In this document: piece after piece, positions 19,566 through 28,869 of the stretch
Position numbering within the stretch: the first letter of the stretch is position 1
How the letters are laid out: every line of letters begins with the position of its first letter
From: Angustibacter luteus
GTDB lineage: Bacteria > Actinomycetota > Actinomycetes > Actinomycetales > Angustibacteraceae
Length of the DNA: 64,000 bases
NCBI RefSeq assembly: GCF_039541115.1
Contig: NZ_BAABFP010000008.1
Coordinates: forward strand, 310,001 to 374,000
Direction: 5' to 3'
Position numbers and translations under genes: made by a program
Notes under the pieces: generated by a model
Databases searched by the model: none
Told to the model about the DNA's origin: nothing
Seen by the model: the letters and a program-made list of their open reading frames with translations, nothing else

Positions 19566-20660
19566 GTGACGATCAAGCGAGTGGGCCGGTTCGCCGGCGT
19601 GGCGCTCGTCGGCGCCCTGGCCCTGACGGCCTGCGGCTCCGACAACAACAGCAACGACGCCGCGGGGGCTGCCTCGTCCAGCTCGTGCCCCTCCGGCACG
19701 CTGAACGGCGAAGGCTCCTCGGCGCAGAAGAACGCGATCGACGAGGCCATCGCCTCCTTCGGTGACACGTGCTCGGCGGCCAAGGTCAACTACAACCCGA
19801 CCGGCTCCGGCGCGGGCATCAAGCAGTTCATCGCCGCCCAGGTCGACTTCGCCGGCTCCGACTCCGCCCTCAACGCCGACAAGGGCGAGCCGGCCGACGC
19901 GGCCAAGCGCTGCCAGGGCAACCCGGCCTGGAACCTGCCCATGGTCACCGGCCCGATCGCCGTCGCCTACAAGCTCGACGGCGTCGACAAGCTGGTCGTG
20001 ACGCCCGAGCTCGCGGCCAACATCTTCAGCGGCAAGATCACCACCTGGAACGACCCGGCGATCGCCAAGGTCAACCCGGACGCGAAGCTGCCGTCGACCG
20101 CCATCAAGGTGTTCTTCCGCTCCGACGAGTCCGGCACCACCGAGAACTTCACCAAGTGGCTGCACGCCGCTGCGCCGTCCGCCTGGACCGCCGACCCGGG
20201 CAAGAAGTGGACCGGCAAGGGCGAGGGCAAGGAGAAGTCGGCCGGCGTCACCGACGGTGTGAGCAACACCGACGGCGGCATCACCTACGTCGAGTGGTCG
20301 TACGCGAAGGACGCCAAGCTCGGCGTCGCGCAGGTCGACAACGGCGGCGGCCCGGTCGAGCTCACCGCCGACACGGTGTCCAAGTCCGTGGCGACCGCGA
20401 CCCAGGTGGGGACCGGTAACGACCTGGCCCTCAAGCTGGACTACGCGACCAAGGAGCCCGGCGCCTACCCGGTCATCCTGGTCACCTACGAGGTCGTCTG
20501 CAGCAAGGGCCTGGAGGCCGGCCAGACCGCGCTCCTGAAGTCCTTCCTGACGCACTTCTCGGGCACCGAGTTCCAGGGCACCCTGCCGGACCTCGGCTAC
20601 GCGCCGCTGCCCAGCGACCTGCAGTCCAAGGTGACCGCGGCCGTCGCCGCGATCAGCTGA
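19566..20660 (+). CDS. pstS: Phosphate ABC transporter substrate-binding lipoprotein
   Basis: LTAC lipobox; GSSAQ, GSGAG, DFAGSD, RSDESGTT motifs. Confidence 0.96.
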   Translation: MTIKRVGRFAGVALVGALALTACGSDNNSNDAAGAASSSSCPSGTLNGEGSSAQKNAIDEAIASFGDTCSAAKVNYNPTGSGAGIKQFIAAQVDFAGSDSALNADKGEPADAAKRCQGNPAWNLPMVTGPIAVAYKLDGVDKLVVTPELAANIFSGKITTWNDPAIAKVNPDAKLPSTAIKVFFRSDESGTTENFTKWLHAAAPSAWTADPGKKWTGKGEGKEKSAGVTDGVSNTDGGITYVEWSYAKDAKLGVAQVDNGGGPVELTADTVSKSVATATQVGTGNDLALKLDYATKEPGAYPVILVTYEVVCSKGLEAGQTALLKSFLTHFSGTEFQGTLPDLGYAPLPSDLQSKVTAAVAAIS

Positions 20661-20676
20661 CCCAACGCCGGTGCCA

Positions 20677-20715
20677 AGCCGCCTCTCCCGTGCCGGGAAC
20701 ACGGGAGAGGCGGCT
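20677..20715 (+). terminator. Stem-loop between pstS and pstC (attenuator or mRNA stabiliser)
   Basis: Perfect 16-bp IR agccgcctctcccgtg / cacgggagaggcggct, 7-nt loop. Confidence 0.75.
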
Positions 20716-20752
20716 GGTTTCCCTTCGGGGGCAACGATGACGAGAGGCTGCG

Positions 20753-21769
20753 ATGTCCGTAGCGACACCACCGGCTGACCTGCTCGGGGACGGCGACCCG
20801 CACGACCCGGCCTCGTCCGGGCCCGGCGACGGCGCGTCCACCGGGCGCCTGGGTGACCGGCTCTTCGCCGGCGCCGCCCGCGGGTCCGGCCTGCTGATCA
20901 TCGCCATGGTCACGCTGGTCGGCGTCTTCCTGGTCAGCCAGGCCGTCCCGTCGCTGGCCGACAACCACGCCAACTTCCTCACCTCCCGGGTCTGGGACGT
21001 GGACGGGCCGACCCTGCGGTTCGGCATCGCCGACCTGCTCTGGGTCACCGTGATCGTCGCGACGGTGGCGATGATCATCGCGGTGCCGATCGCGATCGGG
21101 GTCGCGCTCTTCCTCACGCAGTACGCCCCCAGGCGCCTGGCCAGCCCGTTCGCCGCGCTGGTCGACCTGCTCGCCGCGGTGCCGTCGATCATCTTCGGCC
21201 TGTGGGGCATCAAGATCCTCGGACCCTACGTGCTGCACGCCCAGGGTTGGATCGAGACCGCGTTCGGCTGGTTCCCGCTGTTCTCGTCGGACACCACCAT
21301 CAACTCGGCCGGCACCATCTTCCTCGCCTCGATCGTGCTGGCGATCATGATCCTGCCGATCGTCACCGCGCTGTCCCGCGAGGTGTTCGCCCAGACCCCG
21401 AACGCGCACAAGGAAGCGGCGCTCGCCCTGGGGGCCACCAAGTGGGAGGTCATCCGGACCGCCGTCCTGCCGTTCGGGCGTCCGGGAGTCATCTCCGCCG
21501 CCATGCTCGGCCTCGGTCGGGCGCTGGGCGAGACCATCGCCGTCACGATCATCGTCAGCAGCCTGGCCGGTGGGACGTCGTGGTCGTGGTCGCTGTTCAA
21601 CGGCGGCGAGACCTTCGCGAGCCGCATCGCCAACAACGCGGCCGAGTTCGACAGCCCGCAGAAGGCCGGTGCGTTCATTGCCGCCGGCCTGGTCCTGTTC
21701 ATCCTGACGTTCATCGTCAACGCGATCGCTCGAGTGGTCATCGAGCGCAGGAAGGCGTTCACCGAATGA
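20753..21769 (+). CDS. pstC: Phosphate ABC permease PstC
   Basis: [33 protein letters not shown]. Confidence 0.95.
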   Translation: MSVATPPADLLGDGDPHDPASSGPGDGASTGRLGDRLFAGAARGSGLLIIAMVTLVGVFLVSQAVPSLADNHANFLTSRVWDVDGPTLRFGIADLLWVTVIVATVAMIIAVPIAIGVALFLTQYAPRRLASPFAALVDLLAAVPSIIFGLWGIKILGPYVLHAQGWIETAFGWFPLFSSDTTINSAGTIFLASIVLAIMILPIVTALSREVFAQTPNAHKEAALALGATKWEVIRTAVLPFGRPGVISAAMLGLGRALGETIAVTIIVSSLAGGTSWSWSLFNGGETFASRIANNAAEFDSPQKAGAFIAAGLVLFILTFIVNAIARVVIERRKAFTE

Positions 21770-22677
21770 GCATCCTGACGGCCGACCCGCCGACCGCCGA
21801 GGTCGGGGACGACCAGCTGACGCACCGTTCGCGCGGGCGGCAGGTGCGCAACGCCGCCGCCACCGTGATCGTGGTGGCCTGCTTCCTGATCGCCATCGTC
21901 CCGCTGGCATGGATCCTGTTCACCGTGGTGAGCAAGGGCTTCCACCTGCTGCTCGACGTCCACTGGTGGACCAACTCCCAGCAGGGGATCACGGCTCGGC
22001 GGGTCGGCGGCGGCGCGTACCACGCGATCGTCGGCACCTTGCTGCAGGCACTGGTCACCGCGATCATCTCGGTGCCGATCGGCGTCCTGACCGCCGTCTA
22101 CCTGGTGGAGTACGGCCGCGGGAAGCTCGCGCGCGTGGTCAGCTTCATGGTGGACATCCTCACCGGCATCCCGTCGATCGTCGCCGCCCTGTTCATCTAC
22201 GCCCTCTGGGTCACCACGCTCGGGCTGAACCGGGTCGCGTTCGCCGTCTCGCTGGCCCTGGTGCTGCTGATGGTGCCGGTCGTCGTCCGGTCCACCGAGG
22301 AGATGCTCAAGCTCGTCCCGAACGAGCTGCGCGAGGCGTCCTACGCCCTCGGGGTGCCGAAGTGGCGCACGATCGTGCTGGTCGTCCTGCCGACGGCCTT
22401 CAGCGGCATCGTCACCGGCGTCCTGCTCGGCCTGGCCCGGGTGATGGGCGAGACCGCGCCGCTGCTGATCCTCGGGCCGTACGCGAAGTCCATCAACACC
22501 GACCTTTTCAACGGGTTCATGGCCGCACTGCCGACCATGATCAACCAGGACCGCACCGAGGTGCTCCAGCCCGCGCTGGACCGGGTCTGGGCCGCCGCGC
22601 TCACCCTGGTGCTCCTGATCCTCGTCCTCAGTATCGCCGGGCGGATCGTGGCTCGCCTCGGTGCCGTCAAGCAGTAG
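21766..22677 (+). CDS. pstA: Phosphate ABC permease PstA
   Basis: ATGA overlap with pst[30 protein letters not shown]. Confidence 0.95.
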   Translation: MSILTADPPTAEVGDDQLTHRSRGRQVRNAAATVIVVACFLIAIVPLAWILFTVVSKGFHLLLDVHWWTNSQQGITARRVGGGAYHAIVGTLLQALVTAIISVPIGVLTAVYLVEYGRGKLARVVSFMVDILTGIPSIVAALFIYALWVTTLGLNRVAFAVSLALVLLMVPVVVRSTEEMLKLVPNELREASYALGVPKWRTIVLVVLPTAFSGIVTGVLLGLARVMGETAPLLILGPYAKSINTDLFNGFMAALPTMINQDRTEVLQPALDRVWAAALTLVLLILVLSIAGRIVARLGAVKQ

Positions 22678-22700
22678 TCACAACGGAGTCTGGAGCCACT

Positions 22701-23477
22701 ATGGCCAAGCGCATCGACGTCAAGGACCTGAACGCCTACTACGGCGGTTTCAAGGCGGTCGAGGACGTCACGATGACCGTCGAGCCGCGATCGGTGACGG
22801 CGTTCATCGGGCCGTCCGGCTGCGGCAAGTCGACCTTCCTGCGGACCCTGAACCGGATGCACGAGGTGATCCCGGGCGCCCGCGTCGAGGGGTCGATCCG
22901 GCTGGACGACCGTGACCTGTACGGGGGCGAGGTCGACCCGGTCGCCGTGCGCCGCACGGTGGGCATGGTGTTCCAGCGACCGAACCCGTTCCCGACGATG
23001 TCGATCTTCGACAACGTCGCCGCGGGCCTGAAGCTGAACGGCGTGAAGAACAAGGCCCGGGTCTCGGAGGTCGTCGAGAAGTCGCTGCGCGCCGCGAACC
23101 TGTGGACCGAGGTCAAGGACCGGCTCGCCAAGCCGGGCGCGGGGCTCTCGGGCGGTCAGCAGCAGCGGCTGTGCATCGCCCGGGCCATCGCGGTCGAGCC
23201 GCAGGTGCTGCTGATGGACGAGCCGTGCTCCGCGCTCGACCCGATCTCGACGCTGGCGATCGAGGACCTGATCAGCCAGCTGAAGTCGCGGTACACGATC
23301 GTCATCGTCACGCACAACATGCAGCAGGCTGCGCGGGTCTCGGACCGGACCGCCTTCTTCAACCTCGCGGCGACCGGCAAGCCCGGCCGGCTCATCGAGA
23401 TCGGCGACACCACGAAGATCTTCAGCAACCCCGTCGAGCGCGCCACCGAGGACTACATCTCCGGCCGCTTCGGCTAA
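22701..23477 (+). CDS. pstB: Phosphate ABC ATPase PstB
   Basis: [38 protein letters not shown]. Confidence 0.97.
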   Translation: MAKRIDVKDLNAYYGGFKAVEDVTMTVEPRSVTAFIGPSGCGKSTFLRTLNRMHEVIPGARVEGSIRLDDRDLYGGEVDPVAVRRTVGMVFQRPNPFPTMSIFDNVAAGLKLNGVKNKARVSEVVEKSLRAANLWTEVKDRLAKPGAGLSGGQQQRLCIARAIAVEPQVLLMDEPCSALDPISTLAIEDLISQLKSRYTIVIVTHNMQQAARVSDRTAFFNLAATGKPGRLIEIGDTTKIFSNPVERATEDYISGRFG

Positions 23478-24730
23478 CCCCCACGCCCCCCCCCGCTTCC
23501 GCCACTCAGTCCGGTTTCCGCCGCCCAGGCCGGTTTCGGAGTCCGTAGACCGGCTTGGGTGGCGGAGGCCCTGTGGACGACGGTCTCGGATCGACGCGCT
23601 CGACGGCCAGGCTGGGGCTATGCCTGAGTCACGTGAGCTGCCGATGCCCTTCAGCCGCGAGCAAGCCCTGGCACGCGGCTGGACCCGCCACCAGGTCTGC
23701 CACCGGGTCCGCACCGGCCAGTGGCTCGCCCTGCGTCGGGGGTGGTACGCCGAGGCGACGCGATTTCATGAGCTGGGATCTCGCGCTCGCCACCTCGTCT
23801 CGCTAGTCGCCACCCTGCGCTACCGGGGTGCACCGGACGTCGGGAGCCACTTGTCGGCAGCGGCGGCCTGGGGCTGGCCACTCCCCTTCAACGGTTCCGG
23901 GCCGGCGACGGTGACCAGCCCCGACCTGGCGAGGTCCGGCCGCCGGCGCGCGTCGCTCGTCGTCCAGATCGCCACCTTGCCGCAACTCGACGTCCGCCAC
24001 AGGACGATCCGCATCGGCGACGACCACCACACCATCGCGCTCACCAGCCCGGCGCGAACGCTGGCCGACTGCCTCCGGCACCTCCGGCAGGAGGACGCCG
24101 TGGCGATCATGGACGCGGCGATCCGGATGGGCGACAGCAGCATCGAAGCCGTCCGCGAGGTGCTCGACCGGCAGGAGCCGTGGCCGTACCTGGCCAACGG
24201 CAGGCACGGCTTGGAGCTGGTCGACCCGCGTCGCGAGTCCTACCTGGAGAGCTACTCGTTCGTACGGCTGGCCCATCGCGGCCTCCATCCCGAGCCCCAG
24301 GTGACGATCCGCGACGCCACCGGCCGGTTCGTGGCGCGAGTGGACGGCTGGCTGGACGAGCACGCCATTGCCCTCGAGGCCGACGGTCGGGCCAAGTACC
24401 TGTCCGAGGCCGGTGACGCCCCGAGCACCGGGGACGTCGTCCGCAGCGTGCGGTCGACCATGGCCGCCCAGATGGAGCGCGAGCTGGAGCTGCGCTCGCT
24501 CGGGGTCACCGTCGTCCGCTGGGGGACCTCCGAGGCGGTGCGACACCCGGATCGGCTTGCCGGGAGGGTCGAGGCCGCCAAGCGCACGGCCAGCCGGGCC
24601 GCGTTCACCGGCACGGTCGAGAGGGCAGATCCCTGCAGCCTCCGCCACCCAACCCGCGTTTGGGGCACGGCTCACCGGCCCGAGCGGCGGAAACCGGCCT
24701 GAGCGGCGGAAGCGTGGGTGCTGGGGGTTA
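23475..24730. mobile_element. Putative inverted-repeat-bounded element carrying an AbiEi/DUF559-like gene
   Basis: Termini TAACCCCCA (23475-23483) and TGGGGGTTA (24722-24730); about 42-bp arms at 23494-23535 and 24674-24716; inner perfect 15-bp IR at 23555-23569 and 24638-24652. Confidence 0.65.
23620..24702 (+). CDS. AbiEi-like wHTH + PD-(D/E)XK (DUF559/Vsr-like) protein
   Basis: FSREQAL..G...W..LRRGWY N-terminus; SHLSAA, TSPARTLAD, ES.LES, PEPQV.I, ARVD...EADG.AKY, RE..LRSLG..VVRW. Confidence 0.8.
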   Translation: MPESRELPMPFSREQALARGWTRHQVCHRVRTGQWLALRRGWYAEATRFHELGSRARHLVSLVATLRYRGAPDVGSHLSAAAAWGWPLPFNGSGPATVTSPDLARSGRRRASLVVQIATLPQLDVRHRTIRIGDDHHTIALTSPARTLADCLRHLRQEDAVAIMDAAIRMGDSSIEAVREVLDRQEPWPYLANGRHGLELVDPRRESYLESYSFVRLAHRGLHPEPQVTIRDATGRFVARVDGWLDEHAIALEADGRAKYLSEAGDAPSTGDVVRSVRSTMAAQMERELELRSLGVTVVRWGTSEAVRHPDRLAGRVEAAKRTASRAAFTGTVERADPCSLRHPTRVWGTAHRPERRKPA

Positions 24731-25720
24731 CATGAAGAGGTGGATCACGAAGTAGCTCACGGCGGCGACGATGCCGGCGCCGGGCATGGTCAGCACCCAG
24801 GCGGTGACGATGTTCGTGGCCACACCCCAGCGGACGGCGGAGAGCCGCTTGGTCGCGCCGACGCCCATGATCGCGGTCGTGATGACGTGCGTCGTCGAGA
24901 TGGGCGCACCGAACACGCGACCGGCGATCCACAGGATCGAGGCCGCCGTGGTCTCGGCGGCGAAACCCTGCGGCGGGTCGAGGTGGATGATGCGCCGTCC
25001 CAGGGTGCGCATGATCCGCCAGCCGCCGGAGTAGGTGCCGAGGCTGATCACCGTCGCCGAGATCAGCAGCACCCAGGGCGGGATTCCGGAGCCGGTGTGG
25101 TACCCGCCGACCGTCAGGGCGAGGACGACGACACCGGCGGTCTTCGAGGCGTCCTGCAGCCCGTGGCCGAACGCCATCGCGGCCGCTGAGACGGTCTGCG
25201 CCGACCGGAAGCCACGAGCGGTCTTGCCCGGGTTCGACCGCCGGAACAGCCACAGGATGACCAGCATCAGGATGTAGCCACCGATGAGGCCGACGAAGGG
25301 CGACAGGATCATCGGGATGACGACCTTGTCCCAGACGCCGGACCACAGCACGGTCGCCGAGCCGGCGAGCGCGGCGCCCACCAGGCCACCGATCAGCGCG
25401 TGCGAGGACGAGGACGGCAGGCCGAACCACCAGGTCAGCAGGTTCCAGCCGATCGCGCCGATCAGCGCGGCGGCGCAGATCGCCAGTCCGGTCGAGCCGG
25501 ACGGCGGGTCGATGATGCCCTTGCCGACGGTGTCGGCGACCCTCTGACCGGCGAACGCACCGACGAAGTTGGCCACCGCCGCCATGCCCAGCGCCACCCG
25601 GGGGGTCAGGGCCCGGGTCGAGATCGAGGTCGCGATCGCGTTGGCCGAGTCATGGAACCCGTTGGTGTAGTTGAACACCATGGCAAGCGTGATGACCGCG
25701 ATGATCGGGAGCAGGTCCAC
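24728..25720 (-). CDS. pit: PiT family inorganic phosphate transporter
   Basis: NGFHDSANAIAT, GLPSSSSHAL, HGLQDASK, PISTTH. Confidence 0.95.
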   Translation of the reverse strand: MDLLPIIAVITLAMVFNYTNGFHDSANAIATSISTRALTPRVALGMAAVANFVGAFAGQRVADTVGKGIIDPPSGSTGLAICAAALIGAIGWNLLTWWFGLPSSSSHALIGGLVGAALAGSATVLWSGVWDKVVIPMILSPFVGLIGGYILMLVILWLFRRSNPGKTARGFRSAQTVSAAAMAFGHGLQDASKTAGVVVLALTVGGYHTGSGIPPWVLLISATVISLGTYSGGWRIMRTLGRRIIHLDPPQGFAAETTAASILWIAGRVFGAPISTTHVITTAIMGVGATKRLSAVRWGVATNIVTAWVLTMPGAGIVAAVSYFVIHLFM

Positions 25721-25725
25721 GAGGG

Positions 25726-26346
25726 TCAGGACTCCTTGACCGCGATGCTCTCGACCGTGTGCGCCACCGTCTCGAAGGCGTCGATGGCGTGCTCGAGGCC
25801 CTCGACGACGTCCTTCAGCTTCAGGATGGCGGTGGCCTTGAGGTCACCGTCGAACAGCTCGGCGAGCAGGCGGCGGTACACCTGGTCGCCCTGGTTCTCG
25901 AGCCGGTTGATCTCGATCCAGTACTCCGCGAGGTCCTTCATCGAGCGCAGCCGGGGCATCGCCTCGGCGGTCAGCTCGGACATCCGGACCAGCACCTCGA
26001 CCTGGCTGGCGACGCCCGCCGGGAGCTGGCCGATCTGGTACAGCACGATGCGGTCGACCGCGGACTCCATGTGGTCCATGCAGTCGTCCAGGTTCGAGGC
26101 CAGCGAGTAGATGTCCTCGCGGTCGAACGGCGTGATGAACGAGGAGTTCACCTTGCGCATGATCTCGTGGGTCGACTCGTCGGCGGCGTGCTCGGCGTCC
26201 TTCATCTGCCGGGCCAGGTCCTCGCGGGCCGAGGTGTCCGCGCCGAGCACCTGGGTGAGCAGCGCGCTGCCCTTGACCAGGTGCTGCGACTGGTCGGAGA
26301 ACAGGTCGTAGAAGCTGGTGTCCTTCGGGGAGAGACTGAATCTCAC
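25726..26346 (-). CDS. DUF47 / PhoU-like pit accessory protein
   Basis: EHAAD, FITPFDREDI, ENQGD, IAVKES; start at GTG 26346. Confidence 0.92.
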   Translation of the reverse strand: MRFSLSPKDTSFYDLFSDQSQHLVKGSALLTQVLGADTSAREDLARQMKDAEHAADESTHEIMRKVNSSFITPFDREDIYSLASNLDDCMDHMESAVDRIVLYQIGQLPAGVASQVEVLVRMSELTAEAMPRLRSMKDLAEYWIEINRLENQGDQVYRRLLAELFDGDLKATAILKLKDVVEGLEHAIDAFETVAHTVESIAVKES

Positions 26347-26570
26347 GTTGCTTCTCCGGGCAGATCGGCGGTCAAGGAACGGGGGGGACACGCCCCACGG
26401 ATCAGCGCGGGCGACTGACCGCGAACAGCGGCCAGGGACGATGGTAGGTGCTCCGGGGGCCTCCCTGTCACCTGGTGGTCCGCCACGCCCGCCCAGACGG
26501 GACAACACGCCGTCCCGCTGCCCTCGTTTAGGCCATGATGTGGCCGACCACACACCGACGAGGGGGGCCT

Positions 26571-27548
26571 GTGAGCGCCGCTGCGATCGAGATCCAGGGA
26601 CTTCGCAAGAGCTACCGACGGCGCGGCCGGAGCACCACCCCTGCCCTCGACGGCCTGGACCTGACCGTGGACGCCGGCGGCGTGCACGGCTTCCTGGGGC
26701 CCAACGGGTCGGGCAAGACGACCACGATCCGGGTCCTGCTCGGGCTCGCCGCGGCGGACGGCGGCACCGCCCGGATCTTCGGACGCGTCGTCCCGCGCGA
26801 GCTGCCCCTGGTGGTCGGTCACGTGGGTGCGCTGGTGGAGAACCCGCTCTTCCTTCCCGGGCTGAGCGGGCGCGTCCAGCTGCGGCTGCTCGCGCAGTCC
26901 GTCGGCGTGCCGGACACCCGGGTCGACGAGGTGCTGGAGCGCGTCGCGCTGCACGAGCGGGCGGACGAGCGGGTCAAGGGCTACTCGCTGGGCATGCGCC
27001 AGCGGCTCGGCATCGCGGCGGCCCTGCTCAAGGACCCGCGCCTGCTCATCCTGGACGAGCCGAGCAACGGCCTCGACCCGGCCGGGATGAAGGAGATGCG
27101 CGACCTGGTGCGCGCGCTCGGCGCGGACGGGCACACGGTGTTCCTGTCGTCGCACCTGCTCGGCGAGGTGCAGCAGGTCTGCGACACGGTGGCGATCCTG
27201 TCCCGCGGGCGCTGCCTGGTGCAGGGGCCGGTGCGCGACGTGCTCGCCGCGCACGCCAGTGGGGCGGTCACCGTCGTCATGACGGACGCCGACACCGCGG
27301 CTGCGAGCACCGTGCTGGCGGAGGCGGGGTACGACGTCCACCCCGGTCCGGACGGCCGGCTGCAGGTCTCGCGCCCCGACGCTGCCGACTCGACCGGGCC
27401 GGTCGACCCCGCCCAGCTGAACCGGCTGCTCGGCGAGCGCGGGCTGTGGGCCCGTGAGCTGACGCCGGTCGCGGCCGACCTGGAGAGCGCCTTCCTGGAG
27501 ATCACTCGCGGCCAGGGCCTCGGGGACGACGCCGGAGCAGCGGCGTGA
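26571..27548 (+). CDS. ABC transporter ATP-binding protein
   Basis: GPNGSGKTT, YSLGMRQR, LDEPSNGLD, SSHLL; start at GTG 26571. Confidence 0.93.
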   Translation: MSAAAIEIQGLRKSYRRRGRSTTPALDGLDLTVDAGGVHGFLGPNGSGKTTTIRVLLGLAAADGGTARIFGRVVPRELPLVVGHVGALVENPLFLPGLSGRVQLRLLAQSVGVPDTRVDEVLERVALHERADERVKGYSLGMRQRLGIAAALLKDPRLLILDEPSNGLDPAGMKEMRDLVRALGADGHTVFLSSHLLGEVQQVCDTVAILSRGRCLVQGPVRDVLAAHASGAVTVVMTDADTAAASTVLAEAGYDVHPGPDGRLQVSRPDAADSTGPVDPAQLNRLLGERGLWARELTPVAADLESAFLEITRGQGLGDDAGAAA

Positions 27549-28651
27549 GCGGCACGAACGGCGGTGTGGGCACGGTCGCCGACCCGACGGATCCGCTGGA
27601 TCCGACGGACCCACTGACGTCGCCCCGCCCGCGCGCGGCGACGGGCCGCGGCCACCTGCTGCGCGCCGAGCTGGGCCGGCTGCGCCGCCGGCGACTGGTG
27701 ATCACCTTCGTGGCACTGGGCGTGCTGGCACTGCTGGCGGCCCTGACGCTGGTGTTCGTGACGCACAGCCAGGACATCGCCGGGGCGCGGGCCGAGGCGA
27801 TGCAGCGGGCCCAGCGGGACCTCGCGTCGTCGCAGGAGTACCGCACCCAGTGCATGGCCGATCCGACGATCTCGGACTCGGACAAGGAGAGTGGCGCCTG
27901 CGGGCCGGACGGGCAGACGATCGACGACTTCGTGTACGTGGACGACCCGCGGTTCGTGGCGGCCACGGGGCTGCCGGCCATCGCGATCGGCGTCGCCATC
28001 GTGGGTGCGCTGGTGGGGGCCATGATCGGCGCGACCGCGGTGGGCGCCGACTGGTCCAGCCGGGCGATGGTCACCCTGATCACCTGGGAGCCGCGCCGGC
28101 TGCGACTGTTCGGCACCCGACTGCTCGCCATCGGGCTGTTCATGGCCGTCGTGGCCGTCGTGACGCAGGCCATCGCGCTCGGCCTGGGCGCGCTCACGGC
28201 GAGCCTGCGCGGTACCTGGACGTCGCCGCCGTTCGACCCGAACGGTTGGGGCATCCCCGAGCAGCACTTCTGGCGAGACCTGCTCTCCCTGCAGGGCCGC
28301 GGGGTGCTGGTCGTCGTCCTCGCGGCGGTGCTGGCCGCGTCGATCGCGATGCTGACCCGGCACACGGCGGGACTGCTCGGCGTGCTGCTCGGCTGGTTCG
28401 TGGTCGTGGAGAACGCGGTCCGCGTGCTGTTCTACGACCGAGGGTGGCCGCGGTGGCTGGTCGTCGAGAACATCACGGCGTTCCTGGTGCCCCGGGGCCA
28501 GCGCTTCCAGTTCGGCGAGACGCTCGACCGCGGCGAGTACGTGGCCCGCTACGTGCACGTCTCGAACCTGCACGCGCTGCTCTACCTCGGGGTGATCACT
28601 GGCGTGTTCGTCGTGATCTCCGGCGCGCTGCTGCGACGCCGGGACCTCTAG
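27545..28651 (+). CDS. ABC-2 type transporter permease
   Basis: GTGA overlap with the ATPase gene; about 6 TM; GADWSS...TWEPRR; C-terminal LRRRDL. Confidence 0.88.
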   Translation: MSGTNGGVGTVADPTDPLDPTDPLTSPRPRAATGRGHLLRAELGRLRRRRLVITFVALGVLALLAALTLVFVTHSQDIAGARAEAMQRAQRDLASSQEYRTQCMADPTISDSDKESGACGPDGQTIDDFVYVDDPRFVAATGLPAIAIGVAIVGALVGAMIGATAVGADWSSRAMVTLITWEPRRLRLFGTRLLAIGLFMAVVAVVTQAIALGLGALTASLRGTWTSPPFDPNGWGIPEQHFWRDLLSLQGRGVLVVVLAAVLAASIAMLTRHTAGLLGVLLGWFVVVENAVRVLFYDRGWPRWLVVENITAFLVPRGQRFQFGETLDRGEYVARYVHVSNLHALLYLGVITGVFVVISGALLRRRDL

Positions 28652-28654
28652 CGG

Positions 28655-28795
28655 TCAGTCCAACCCGAGGGCGTGGTCGATCTCCGCTTGGCTGAGGGGG
28701 CCGTCGTGAGAGGTGGCGGCCACCACCAGATCACCGACGAGGGTGATCTCGTCATCCAGCGGAGCGTCGCGCAGGGCGTCCTCCGTGTCGGTCAT
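28655..28795 (-). CDS. Small acidic hypothetical protein (46 aa)
   Basis: GGAGG RBS before ATG 28795; MTDTEDALRDAPLDDEITLVGDLVVAATSHDGPLSQAEIDHALGLD. Confidence 0.7.
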   Translation of the reverse strand: MTDTEDALRDAPLDDEITLVGDLVVAATSHDGPLSQAEIDHALGLD

Positions 28796-28869
28796 GGCTC
28801 CTCCCTGGGCCTTGGCCTTCGACCAGCCTACGCACGAACTCCGCGATTTCGCCGGACTTGACCAAGTCA

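Noticed and set aside
23620..24702. Complete type IV toxin-antitoxin system or classical IS
   Set aside because: No AbiEii nucleotidyltransferase partner, no transposase motif and no clear direct target duplication.
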